This document shows, piece after piece, positions 50,870 to 62,696 of a stretch of 64,000 nt of DNA. Numbering within the stretch: the stretch's first letter is position 1; each line of letters opens with the position of its first letter. The position numbers were made by a program, and so were the translations under genes. The DNA comes from Malacoraja senta (lineage: Eukaryota): contig CM075980.1 in assembly GCA_038087875.1 (NCBI GenBank), forward strand, positions 9,300,001-9,364,000, in the 5' to 3' direction. The notes under the pieces are model-generated. The model did not search any database and was not told the origin of the DNA. It saw only the letters and a list, made by a program, of their open reading frames with translations.

Positions 50870-51192
50870 GTCCGCGGCCCCCCACCGTTTCCATTCTGGC
50901 GCCATCAATGGGTGAAGTCACCGCAAAAAGTACCGCCACCCTGGTGTGTTTGGTGAGCGGGTTCAATCCGGGCGCTGTGGACATTGAATGGACCGTAGAC
51001 GGCAGTGCGAGAAGTGACGGCGCTGCGACCAGCCGGGTCCAGCAGGAGAAGGACAACTCGTTCAGTGCGAGCAGTTACCTGACTCTGCCAGCCTCCGACT
51101 GGAACTCACACGAGCTTTACTCCTGTGTGGTTAAACACGAAACCCAGGCGACCCCGATTAAGGCGAATATCGCCAGATCCAGTTGCCTCTAA
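50870..51192 (+). CDS. IGLC: Ig lambda constant exon, cluster 3
   Basis: CCAG acceptor to 50869. 323 nt, 8 nt differences from C1, 3 amino-acid changes. Confidence 0.97.
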
Positions 51193-51371
51193 TTCAATGG
51201 ATCAAATTCCCGATTTGCTACATTTCTTTGTAAATTAATCCAATATTCAGATATCGAATGTTCGCTTTAACAGTGTATTTGTTCAAACGCACCATGTGTG
51301 CATTTTGTTGCATTGAATGCGCTGTCCGTATTTTACGGTGAACTGACAAACAATAATGTAACATTTAATGC

Positions 51372-51377
51372 AATAAA
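51372..51377 (+). terminator. Candidate polyA signal, cluster 3
   Basis: AATAAA homologous to 13270. Confidence 0.7.
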
Positions 51378-52683
51378 CCCGATTATTCTATTTACGATGC
51401 ATCGTTGTCATTTTTTGTGCAAATGTCCTTGCCTTCAATAGAATTTAAAAAATAATGTCCGAACAGCGCGGCAGTGTGTATAAACTGGCATTTTGTGAAA
51501 CTTCGTTATATTTCAAATAAACTGCGTTTTCATGATTGATGATGATCCATGTGTTAGGACAGCTGAAGGGACTGCTTGCAAGTACCCCCGATTGAAGAAA
51601 TTAGGTGCAAATCCGTGTTTCCTATTTTGGATATCCCAGAAATACGGAAGTGCAGTCTTGGCATTACGCTAATATGCTTAAATGACCCAAATGTCTCTAA
51701 TCGATCCGCACTAAATATCACAATATATCAGTTTATTCCATGAAAAACGCGATGAAAAGTGTGCTTTGACGAATTAGTTAACCGCGGCATTACCGTGGTC
51801 TTAAATCAGCTCAACATTAATCACCAGAAGTGGCGATATATTTAAACAGTATAACGAGAGGAATAAAGTTCAGGCTCGGCGGGGTGAGCGCTCGACTCAT
51901 CTTGAAGGGGGGCTTCGCACCAACAATTAACCGAAGTAAAAGTCGTTACTTCGCGATTCCCAGAAATGGGATAAACAGCTTTCGGGATATGGCAACTGCT
52001 TGGATGTTATTCTCTGGGAATTTAAAAAAAGTTTAACAGAGGGAATAAATTGTGAAAAGTGATGTACTGTGGCTGGGGAAAATCTGCTTCCGATGTGGGT
52101 AAATCCTATCTGGAGAGACCCTCCAGTACGATGTCAATTTCCAGTAGTAAAATAACAGGTTGGGGACGGGTGCTGTCTATTTTCACCCTATCCCTTCCTC
52201 CACGGTTATCATTCACTCCCTTTCCCCCTTATTTTGTGGCTGATTTCACTTCCTGTTCCCTTTCCCCCCCAGGTCTTTGCCAACTAAACCCCTACCCCCA
52301 TCTGCTAATCAACCCCCTCTCACATGTATCCACCTATCACTTGGCAGGCTGTATCACACCTCATATCTATTTTCCAGCTTTCTCCCCTCTGTTCCAATTA
52401 GTCTGCAGAAGGTTCTCGACCTGAAATGACGCCTCACCACTCTAATCAGATGTTGCCTGACCCGGCGAGTCATGTTGAGTCCAATGGCGAAATCTTGTTT
52501 TGCTGGATTTGTCCGGTATTATGACCACCTCTCTGATCGAATTTACCTCTTCAAACCACTTCTTGTCAGACAAAGCATAATCTCGGAGGCCCCATTAATT
52601 AAATGGAGAACAGAGATTAGAAAGTAAGAGTAGAAAGAAAAGTATCGTTTTATCCTTAAATACATACTATTTTCATTTTCTTG

Positions 52684-53016
52684 CAAACCACCTTTTCCAG
52701 TCTCTCCCTTCAGGGAGGCGCCTTAGGTCACTTGCTACAAAATCCACCCGTTTTAAAAACAGTTTCTTCCCCTCAGCAATAAGAACACTTAATTCCCTCC
52801 AATAACTTAATAACTTTTTGACTTTGATGTATACAGTGTCTTGTCTATGGTTTTTGTCTGTTCTTTTGCACTATGAGATTTGTGATTTGTGATGTGCTTT
52901 ATTATTATTGTTGTTAATGTGCTAAAGCAGTGTACCATCATGTACCGAACCCAATTACCACCAACCCTGGTCGTGTGGCAAATAAAGTTTCTATTCTATT
53001 CTATTCTATATTCGAT
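52684..53016 (+). mobile_element. Short Rex1/Babar 3' fragment at the unit 3/4 junction
   Basis: Encodes ANHLFQSLPSGRRLRSLATKSTRFKNSFFPSAIRTLN*, similar to the end of the 36926 element. AATAAA at 52981, (CTATT)3 tail at 52991-53005. Confidence 0.87.
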
Positions 53017-54871
53017 TACTGGTCAGCGTTTAGTGTTTCATCAACGCAGTATTCCTCAACCTCCATGCGAGCTTGGATATTTGGCCCAGCAAGCTCCTGC
53101 CGTCACATCTCCGCGGCGCCACGTGGTTTATTTACAGTCAGAAATGACAACGAACAATAATCTTGCTGAGAGTTCCTCCCCACGAACCCCTATTCGCCAA
53201 CGACATCTCTTCCCTACTCTAGAACCATTGGCGCTGGCCAGTGGCAGGCCCGCCGATGGTTCTTTCCTGGAATCCTGAAACCCATCCCGTTGTTCAATGG
53301 CTTTAATGTTCGCATCAATGGTAGGTTCTTCTGCGTTCCGGCTGTATTTGGTGAGATTATGTTGGTTCTGGTACAGTGGAATTGCAATGCAGTTTGTGGA
53401 AGTAGGTTGGTCAGACCAGGCATGAAGGACAATTTACATGTTAAAATTGTTCCACTTCCAATGTTGTCAGATGGTGTAAGTTGAATCCAATGAATTCCAA
53501 TGGTGTAACCTGAATCCAATAATCCACATTTTTAAATTACCATCATACACTGCATTTACAACTCATAAGTCTGCGTAACAACCTGGGAGCTCTCGTGAAA
53601 ATTCTCATTTGTTCTACAATTTGGTTGTCTTCCGGAAGGAAACCCAGAGGGAAATATCTCTCATTCCCGGTTAGATTTAATTTCACAGAAGAAATGGTAG
53701 TACAAGTCTCACATAATATTACATAAATAAATGATTGGAAAGATTATGAAATTGCATTTATTTGAATGCAGATCATCCGTGAATAACAATATAATTGGGA
53801 ACAATACCTATGCATATATGATCACAAGTGGATGGATCGCAGTTCACAACCGCTGGTTCTTGATTCTCCTACTCTGGGTAAAAGAGTAGAGGACGTAGGT
53901 TTAAGGTGAGAGAGGAATAATTTAATAGGAACCCGAGGGGCAACATTTTCGCACAAAGGTTGGTGAGTATATGGAATGAGCTGTCACAAGAGGTAGTTCA
54001 AACAGGTACTATTACAACATTTAATAAACATTTGGACATGTACATTGATAGGAAAGGTTTAAAGGGATACGGGCCAAACGCGAGCAGGTGGGACTCGTTG
54101 GGCCGAAGGGCTGTTTCCCTACTGAATAACTCCGTGATACATGCTTACAGCGGATCTGCAGAAATCATCGGGACCTGTACATAAAGAAGCCCAGTTGGCA
54201 GAGGAATGCGGGTGCTGTTGAGTAGGAACACTTATCTCTGTATCGTAAAATAAAGTTGTCTGGCCGCTCACAATAACCCAAGATGTAGCTTCGCGTAAAT
54301 GTTCATCCTGCAAGATGTGGCGCTGCATTCGACGATCTTCTGTGGTCCCTGCCGTTATCTTGCTCTTAGATGCTGAATCAATCGAAAAATAGTGACATCA
54401 TCTGCAGCACCTTTGGGATATTTACAGTTCTTGTCATTTATGGGGAGGCAAATGCAAACTGCTTGATGTGAAAATGCTGGTATTGCCCAAATGTTCGTCT
54501 CTGTGCCGTACAGTCTTGTAACAGTAGATGGCAGCATTGCATCGGTTATGAAATAATGTTCATTTATTGCGGAGATAGGACAAATGGTCAATTATCACTG
54601 TAGCAAAATTACGATAATGTGCTTGCCCATAAACCCATCTAATGTCTACTCATTTGGCGATTATGGGTGTGGATGCGAATATACTAAGTGAGGAGCGGCT
54701 TTGACTTTTGACACATGACAGTAAAAAAGACGGAGGCAATAAACTTACTGAATGCTCAATTGCACTTGGAGAAACAAACACAAAATATTTTTCCTCGTAA
54801 TGGCAATTCATAGTGACATAGTCTTAAAAAAAGAGTTCGGACAAACAACATACAAGCAGCTCGCTCTGGGT

Positions 54872-55741
54872 AAAGGATGTAATAGGCTGGGTGAGTGGGC
54901 AAATAAATGCATGGCAGATGTAGTATAATGTGGATAAATGTGAGGTTATCCACTTTGGTGGCAAAAACAGGAAAGTAGAGTATTAGGAGGCCGATTAGGA
55001 AAAGGGGAGATGCAACGAGACCTGGGTCTCATGGTACACCAGTCATTGAAAGTAGGCATGGAGGTGCAGCAGGCAGTGAAGAAAGCGAATGGTATGATAG
55101 CATTCATAGCAAAAGGATTTGAGTATAGGAGCAGGGAGGTTCTACTGCAGTTGTACAGGGTCTTGGTGAGACCACACCGGGAGTATTACGTACAGTTTTG
55201 GTCTCCAAATCTGAGGAAAGACATTCTTGCCATAGAGGGAGTACAGAGAAGGTTCACCAGACTAATTCATGGGATGTCAAGACTTTCATATGAAGAAAGA
55301 CTGGATAGACTCGGCTTGTACTCGCTAGAATTTAGAAGATTGAGGGGGGTTCTTATAGAAACTATAAAAATTCTTAAGGGTTGGACAGGCTGGATGCAGG
55401 AAGATTGTTCCCGATGTTGGGGAAGTCCAGGACAAGGGGTCACAGTTTAAGGATAAAGGGGAAATCCTTTAGGACCGAGATGAGAAAAACATTTTTCACA
55501 CAGAGAGTGGTGAATCTCTGGAACTCTCTGCCACAGAAGGTAGTTGAGGCCAGTTCATTGGCTGTATTTAAGAGGGTGTTAGATGTGGCCCTTGTGGCTA
55601 AAGGGATCAGGGGGTATGGAGAGAAGGCAGGTACAGGATACTGAGTTGGATGATCAGCCATGATCATATTGAATGGCGGTGCAGGCTCGAAGGGCCGAAT
55701 GGCCTAAACCTGCACCTATTTTCTATGTTTCTATGTTTCTA
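54872..55741 (+). mobile_element. CR1 LINE 3' fragment, unit 4 copy
   Basis: Homologue of 2500-3368 (ORFs 55010-55450, 55381-55644). Confidence 0.92.
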
Positions 55742-58700
55742 ATAGAAATCGACCGCGTGGGCAGAAGATACTGATGCAGTCTCCGATTATAACGGTAGAT
55801 GGCGGTGCAGTACCATACTTCTGTGCTGAAGCTCAACACGCCAATTCTGAAATGGGTCAACTGCAATATTATGTGTCTGAGCTCACGTATAGACCAGACC
55901 AGCAATAATTGGATTATTTTCCCCTTGAAGGATATATTTGGGATCCAGTTGTTTTGTAATAATCAATCAAACACCGTGATGTTTCTTTTGAAAGATTCTA
56001 GACACTTAACAGAATTTAGATTCCACATGTTCTCTTTTGAAAGGCCTCTGCGTTCGTAATGATGTGATTTCGGTTTGATACCATTGCTTATCTGCACTTC
56101 CTTCACCTTTGCAGGGAGCGATTTTACGGAATCTTTCACTGGATATAAATATTCTCCTTTCACGGTTTTCTGATTCTGCTACGGTATAACCAGCTTGAGA
56201 GCTAACCTCTCCGGTTACTCAATACTATGTTCTTTGCAACCCAACATATATCACAGGTTTTGCTCACTACTCTCGCGATGTATCTTTTTACCTTGCCAGA
56301 TGTGTGCTCATGAACCTAAAGTCCCTCTGTTCCTGCGCACTATGAACTACATTGCCCCCCCCCCCCGCCTTCCATACACGAGGCAAAATTTCCTAGCTCA
56401 TACTTCTCTGTGAGAGATTTCATCCATCATTCATCTGCTCATTCTCGTGTCATATTTAAATTTGAAGTGCACGCTGAGTACTCCTCTCTCTCTCCTGCGT
56501 GTAAGCCGCTATTCTATCACGATTGTCGATGTGAATATATTGCTGTCGGTAGAGAACTCAACTAGGTATAGGGATAGAGGAGAATGAAATAATTGGCCAA
56601 AATGTTCGTGCATACTGAATGCGAATAATAAGAATGTTACCTTATATATCTCCGGGAGAGCCTTTAATTTTTTCCCCAACAAACATGAAGACAGTTGCAA
56701 ACAGGATTTTGTACATTTGATTGTGTTATCTATGACTTGCCCAAAATCACTGGATGCAAATTGCTTTGAATTTATTGTTGCTACTCTCCATTACATAGTT
56801 TATTGTATTCGCTGGACCTGTTCGGCAAATTCTGAGTAATTGTGGGTCTGGAGTCACATACATTTTAGACTTTTCCTTCTTAAAGTAACTGAAATCACTT
56901 TTAATTACAACTCAATAGCGTCATGCTTGCGTTACCAATTCCAGCTTTTAATTTCAGATTTACTTTAACTCTGATATCAGCGCCAAATCACAGAATTATA
57001 TTGAATTCAGTTATCTCCAATTGTGCTGAATATCAAAAAGACTACAGGTAATACGTGATTCATTAATTCAAAGAATATTAATGTTTGTTTTGCGTCTTAT
57101 TCTATCACGAATGCACAATAATGGCGTTCCACGCTGGACTGGGGAGAAGAACACGAAATATACATGAATATCATTCTCCACTTCCATTAGTGACATTACT
57201 TCAGACCTCCATAAGCTGCATTTGCCATCTACATCCACCATTCAGATGTCCGCACTCACCAAGCTTATTTCTTCAGATCTGGCCTGGCAGCTATCTCCAG
57301 CTTTCTGCAAGGAGACCCTGAACGCGGGCTTGGACTGGGGTGAGTAGGTCTGAGGGTGCCGCGGCAACGGACTTGCCCTTGAGACAGGCAGGATACATCC
57401 ATCCCCAGGTTTCCATGTCCTCTAGAGATGCTGCACGACCCGCTGAGTTTCTCCAGCACATTGTGTTTTAAAAAAAATCAGCAGCTGAAGTTCTCAGTAC
57501 CCCCCAAGGTTTCCATCTATAAATTTGCCAAGGTGTTTGGTTCTGAATATCAATGAAAGTCATAAAGATAAAAAATACGGCGGCATGAGATGAACGCTAT
57601 TCTCTTAAAAGAAACAAACAGAAAATCAAATTACATCTCATTTAACACTGAGAACTCTTGCTTGCAGAAACATCGCAGGCACGTGGACTGAGACAGAAAA
57701 AACACACAGGAACAAATTATACATCAATTATACATACAAATCTGAAAGAAACAAACAAGATTGCGTCCTAAAACATAACAATATAAAACATGTCGATAGT
57801 GTGCAAGGAATGGGGCATGGTGTCCCTTTGTTGAGGCAAGATTAGGGTTATGTAGGTCCTTCCAAAAACTGGATAGTTGTAGGCAAGTAACTGTTCTTGA
57901 ACCGGGTGGTGTACTTTCTGTAGTAGATCTGTAAAAGTTTGTTGGAATATTTGGAGACATAAAGTATTTCTTTAAAATTCTTTGAAAGTAGAAGCATTGG
58001 CGCTCTTCCGTGGATGCATTTGTTTGCTGGGCCCGAGACAAGTCATCCACGATGTTAATGCCGTGAATTTAAAGCTGATAACTCTCTCCACCACTGCTCC
58101 ACCAAAAACAAACTGGGCTGAGGTCCCCGGACTTCCTCTTTCTGAAGTCAGCGACCACTTCGGTCTTGTTGCTTTGGAGCGAAAGGTTGTTGTTCTGACA
58201 CCACTCAACCAAGTGTTCCGTCTCTCTTCATGTTGACGCAGCACCATCAGTGATTCGTCCAAACAGAATGGTGTTGGGGGTGGATAAATAGATGACTTTG
58301 GAGCTGTGGGTGTAAAGGAAGTAGCCATGGGTGTAAAGGAAGTAGAACAGGGTGCAAAGCACGCAGCCTTGAGATGCACTGTGTTGATGATCAATGGGGA
58401 GGAGATGATGTTCCCCATCCGCACTCGGTCACGAAGCTAATTCACCAAACAGTAAAATGGTGACTAAGCTGATTGTAACCTCTGATGTGCGGTCCCATCC
58501 AGCTCTGTAACATATCACTACCCACCTTGTTTATTAGGAATATTTCTACCTTTGAAAAATAATAAAGACTGCTTCTAGCACATTTTCAGAAACGTAATTG
58601 ATGAGGCTTTCTCCATTCTGATAAATATGTTTGTTTCTTCACTTTTGAAGTAGGCATTTATTTTTGTGTAACCGGTGACGTTTAGTTTTAGATTACCCCA

Positions 58701-59479
58701 GACGAATTGTCCTCGCCCTTCACATGCTGTTAAGACCCCGCATAATCACCTGTGCTTCAATTAAAGCACCTCTCACGCTTCTAACCGTCGAGCAATTCCT
58801 CATAAAACAACTCACTCGTTGCAGATATGGGTCCACTAGTAATCATTTTCTGAATTGCTTCAACCGCATTTACATTTCAATACTCTGCTCGATTCTGCGA
58901 TAAAGTTTAAGTGAAGCACTATCAACCTCTCTCTTTTGCATTCGTTTTTTCAGGCGTAAGATGCTAACACTGTTACCTTTCATAGGTAGTTGTTGTACCT
59001 CATTCCAGCCTGTTGCGAATCCTACCAGGGAACCGACATACTTCTGCATCTCAAAACACTGCAAACTGTCATAATGTAAATAAGAAGGGCCTCGACCCGA
59101 AACGTCACCTATTCCTTCTCTCCAGAGATGCTGCCTGTCCCGCTGAGTTACTCCAGTCTTTTGTGTCTATATTGTAAAGAACATTATTTTATATCATTTA
59201 CCCTTCCAAAATTGACATTTCACATGTTCCCACATCGTGCATTTACCAGGCATTTGCCCATTCACTGGAACTATCCACATGCACGGCGGCCTTGTTTGGT
59301 TCTTCATGTCATTAGCAAATTCAACAGCCAGACATTTTTCAGCCGTGTTTATACATTTTTGGAAATTGTGGCTCCAGCACTGATCTATGAGGCACATACC
59401 TTTTTGCATAACCAGAAATTAGCCTGTTTATGCGTTTTCTATATTTCCAACTGATCGCCCAATGTTCTGTTCTTCCGAT

Positions 59480-60570
59480 GACGATAAACATCAGGACTCT
59501 TAGGAAATAGGAGCAGGATAAGGCCATTCGGTCCTTCGAGCAGCACCTCCGTTCAATATGATCATGGCTGATCATCCAAAATCAGTACCCCGTACCTGCT
59601 TTCTCCCACATCTCATGATTCCGTCAGCCCTGAAAGCTATATCTAACTCTCTCTTGAACATATCCAGTGAATTGGCCTCCACTGCCTTCAGTGGCAGAGA
59701 ATACAACAGATGCACAACTCGCTGGGTAAAAATGTGTTTCCGCATCTCAGTCCTAAATGCCCTACCCCTTATTTTTAAACGGCGACCCCTGGTTCTTGAC
59801 TCCCCTAACATCGGGCATATATTACCTGCATCTAACGCATCCAATCCCTTAAGAATGTTATATCTTTCTATAAGAACCCCTCTCAGCCAACCGAATTCCA
59901 GTGCATATAAGCCCAGTCAATCATTTGTCAGTTCCACCATACCGGGAATTAATCTGGTGAACCTACGTTGCACTCCCTCAATAGCAAGAATGTCCTTCTT
60001 CAAATTAGGCAACTAAAACGGCACACATTTTTCCAGGTGTGGTTTCGCCAGGGCCCTGCAGTAGGTCCACCTTTCTCCAATACTCAAATCCTCTCGCTAT
60101 GAAGGCCAACATGTAATTTGCTTTCTTCACTGCCTGCTGTACCTGCATGCTTTCTTTCAGTGACTGATGTTCAAGGACACACAGGTCTCGTTGCACCTCC
60201 CCTTTCCCTAATCTGACACCATTGAGATAATAATCTGACCTTGTTTTTGCCACCAAAGTGGATAACCTCATATTTATCCACACAATACTGCATATGCCAT
60301 GCATCTGCCCACTCACCCATCTTGTCCGTCACCCTGCAGCCTCATAGCATCTTCCTCGCAGCTCACACTGCCACCCAGCTTTGTGTGATCCGCAAACTTG
60401 CAGATGTTACATTTAATTCCTTCATCATCGTCAATATATATTGTATATAACCGAGGTCCCATCACTGAGTCTTGTGGCACTCCACTAGTCACTGCTTGCC
60501 ATTCTGAAAAGAACCAACTAATTCCTACTCTTTGCTTCCTGTCTGCCATACAGTTCTCCATCCGTCAATA
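59480..60570 (-). mobile_element. CR1 LINE 3' fragment, unit 4 copy
   Basis: Near-identical to 7155-8245. ORF 59572-59844 is identical in protein to 7247-7519. Confidence 0.9.
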
Positions 60571-60712
60571 CCCTACCCGCAATATTACCGTATTATTTAC
60601 CATATCAACCTTTGATTCATCTCCTTAACAAATGCCTGCTCGAAATTATATCTGCCTGGCATGGTACTTCTTCAAAGCCTTCCGTTAAGTTGGCGAAACA
60701 TCGTTCATGAAT

Positions 60713-61420
60713 TCATAGATTGTAGGAGGGGAATTAGGCTATTCGGCCCATCAATTCTACCCCACCATTCTATCACGCTTGATTTATCTTTTCTTCTCAA
60801 CCCCATTCTCCTGACTTCTTCTCATAACCCTTAATATAGTTACTAATCAACAACCACTCAATCTCCACCTTAAAAATATCAATTGACTTGGCTTCCACAG
60901 CCTTCTGTGGCAATGAATTCCACAGATTTACCACCCTCTCACTAAAGGATTTCCTCCTCATCTCCTTTTTAAATGGACGTGCTTTTATTCTGAGGCTTTC
61001 ACCTCTGGTCCTAGACTCCCCCGCTCGGCGAAACATCCACTCCACATCCACTCTATCCAGGCCTTCACAATTCGGTTAATTTCAATGAGGTCTCACCCCT
61101 CTCATCTTCATAAACTATATAGCGAGCACGGATCCAGTGCCGTCAAACGCTCATCACACGTTAACCCAATTATGCCTGGGATCACCCTCGTAAACCTCCT
61201 CTGGACCCTCTCCAATGCCAACTCATCCTTCCTCAGATTGGAGCCCAAAACTGCTCACAACACTCCAAATGCGGTCTGACCAGTGCCTTATAAAGGCTCA
61301 GCATTACATCCCTGTTTTTGTATTTTGTTTTTGTGTTCTGGCCCTCTCGAAAGAAATGCTTTCCTTGCTGCCGACTTGTAAATTAACTTTTGGGAAATCC
61401 TGCACCAGCACTCCTGAGCC
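60713..61420 (-). mobile_element. Second CR1 subfamily fragment, unit 4 copy
   Basis: Homologue of 8388-9095. Confidence 0.83.
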
Positions 61421-62054
61421 CCTTTGCTCTCTCTTTATCAACAACATTTTAACTTTTGCGAGATAATCTGGATCATTTTGTCAGTACCCTTTATATCGTT
61501 TTGGTAACAGCTTCCAATATTTCTCCAGGACAGATGTGCAACCAACTGGCCTGCGGTGGACGACTTTCTGTCTCTCTTCCTTTCTGAACGTCCATGGTAG
61601 TGTTGAAATAAAAAAAATCAAACCAATGAATTCAGTACTGCAAGGGAATTAATTAAGACTCTAGAATGAAATACAATACATCTCAACGCCCTGTCAGCCC
61701 GATGAAAAATTACCATTTAAATAATCTGCCATTTCCATATTCCCCTTTAATTATACGACTGCGAATTATTTGTAGGAAAAGGACAAATGTATTATTTTAT
61801 ACTTATTTGGGAGCTTAAGGGGATTATTGCAAAGTCTGTACAGTCCCATCAATCAACACAGCTGATCCCTTTTACTCAGTAAATAAGAGCCTGCTCTCAC
61901 ACAACAGTTCCCGTCTGAGTCTCAGAGCTTCTCTCCCCCTCCCCCCGCCGCCGTTGAGATCACCGTTGTCAGCTATTCTCCTCCCACTTAAAACAATATG
62001 AATATTTCTTTCTCCCAAAGGGCTGGAGCTGCAGAAATCTCATTTTACACGGAG

Positions 62055-62144
62055 CCAATAATTCAGTGAATCGATGTGACGTGGATAAAGATTTTGCATG
62101 AATAATTAATAATTAGTGACGTTGGGATGCTGAAGACTTTAAAA
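62055..62144 (+). promoter_or_regulatory. IgL cluster 4 promoter: CCAAT, TGACGT (62077), ATTTTGCAT (62091), TGACGT, TTTAAAA
   Basis: Positional homologue of the other promoters. Confidence 0.7.
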
Positions 62145-62208
62145 GAGAAGCGTCGAAAGGGCTCAAAACCTCGCTTGTGTAGCAAAATATTGGTTTATCA
62201 CCTTCGAC

Positions 62209-62254
62209 ATGGCTGCATGGGTTTGGGTTCTCGCCTTGGTGACCTGTTTCCACT
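62209..62254 (+). CDS. IGL: Ig lambda cluster 4 leader exon
   Basis: MAAWVWVLALVTCFH + T, GTGAGT donor at 62255. Confidence 0.93.
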
Positions 62255-62348
62255 GTGAGTAGAGCGCAGAATGATTAATGTTGTATCGTTTTACATTCTG
62301 CTGTGTTTTTTCTAATTGTTCTGTATATTTATCTGTTTTTTCTATCAG

Positions 62349-62696
62349 GTATAAACGCGGAGACTACCTTGACTCAGGTCCCGGCTATATCAACCTCGCC
62401 GGGAAAAAACGTCAAAATCACCTGTACCCTGTCAGGGGGCAGCATCGGTAGCTACTACACGAGCTGGTACTGGCAGAAGCCGGACAGCAGCCCTGTCTTC
62501 GTGTGGTATGGAAGCTCCACCAGAGGCACCGGAATTCCAGACAGATTCACGGGTTCCACGGACTCATCCATTAACCAAATGCATTTAATCATCACCAACG
62601 TGCAATCGGAGGACGCGGCCGATTATTACTGTGGTGTGTGGGACAACAGTAACTACAAATTCACCTTTGGGAGAGGAACCAAACTGAATCTAAGCA
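62349..62696 (+). CDS. IGLV: Germline-joined VJ exon, cluster 4 (CDR3 GVWDNSNYKFT); C exon expected ~1.1 kb beyond the window end
   Basis: CAG acceptor 62346-62348, open frame, GTAAGT donor at 62697. The J-C intron continues to 64000. Confidence 0.97.
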
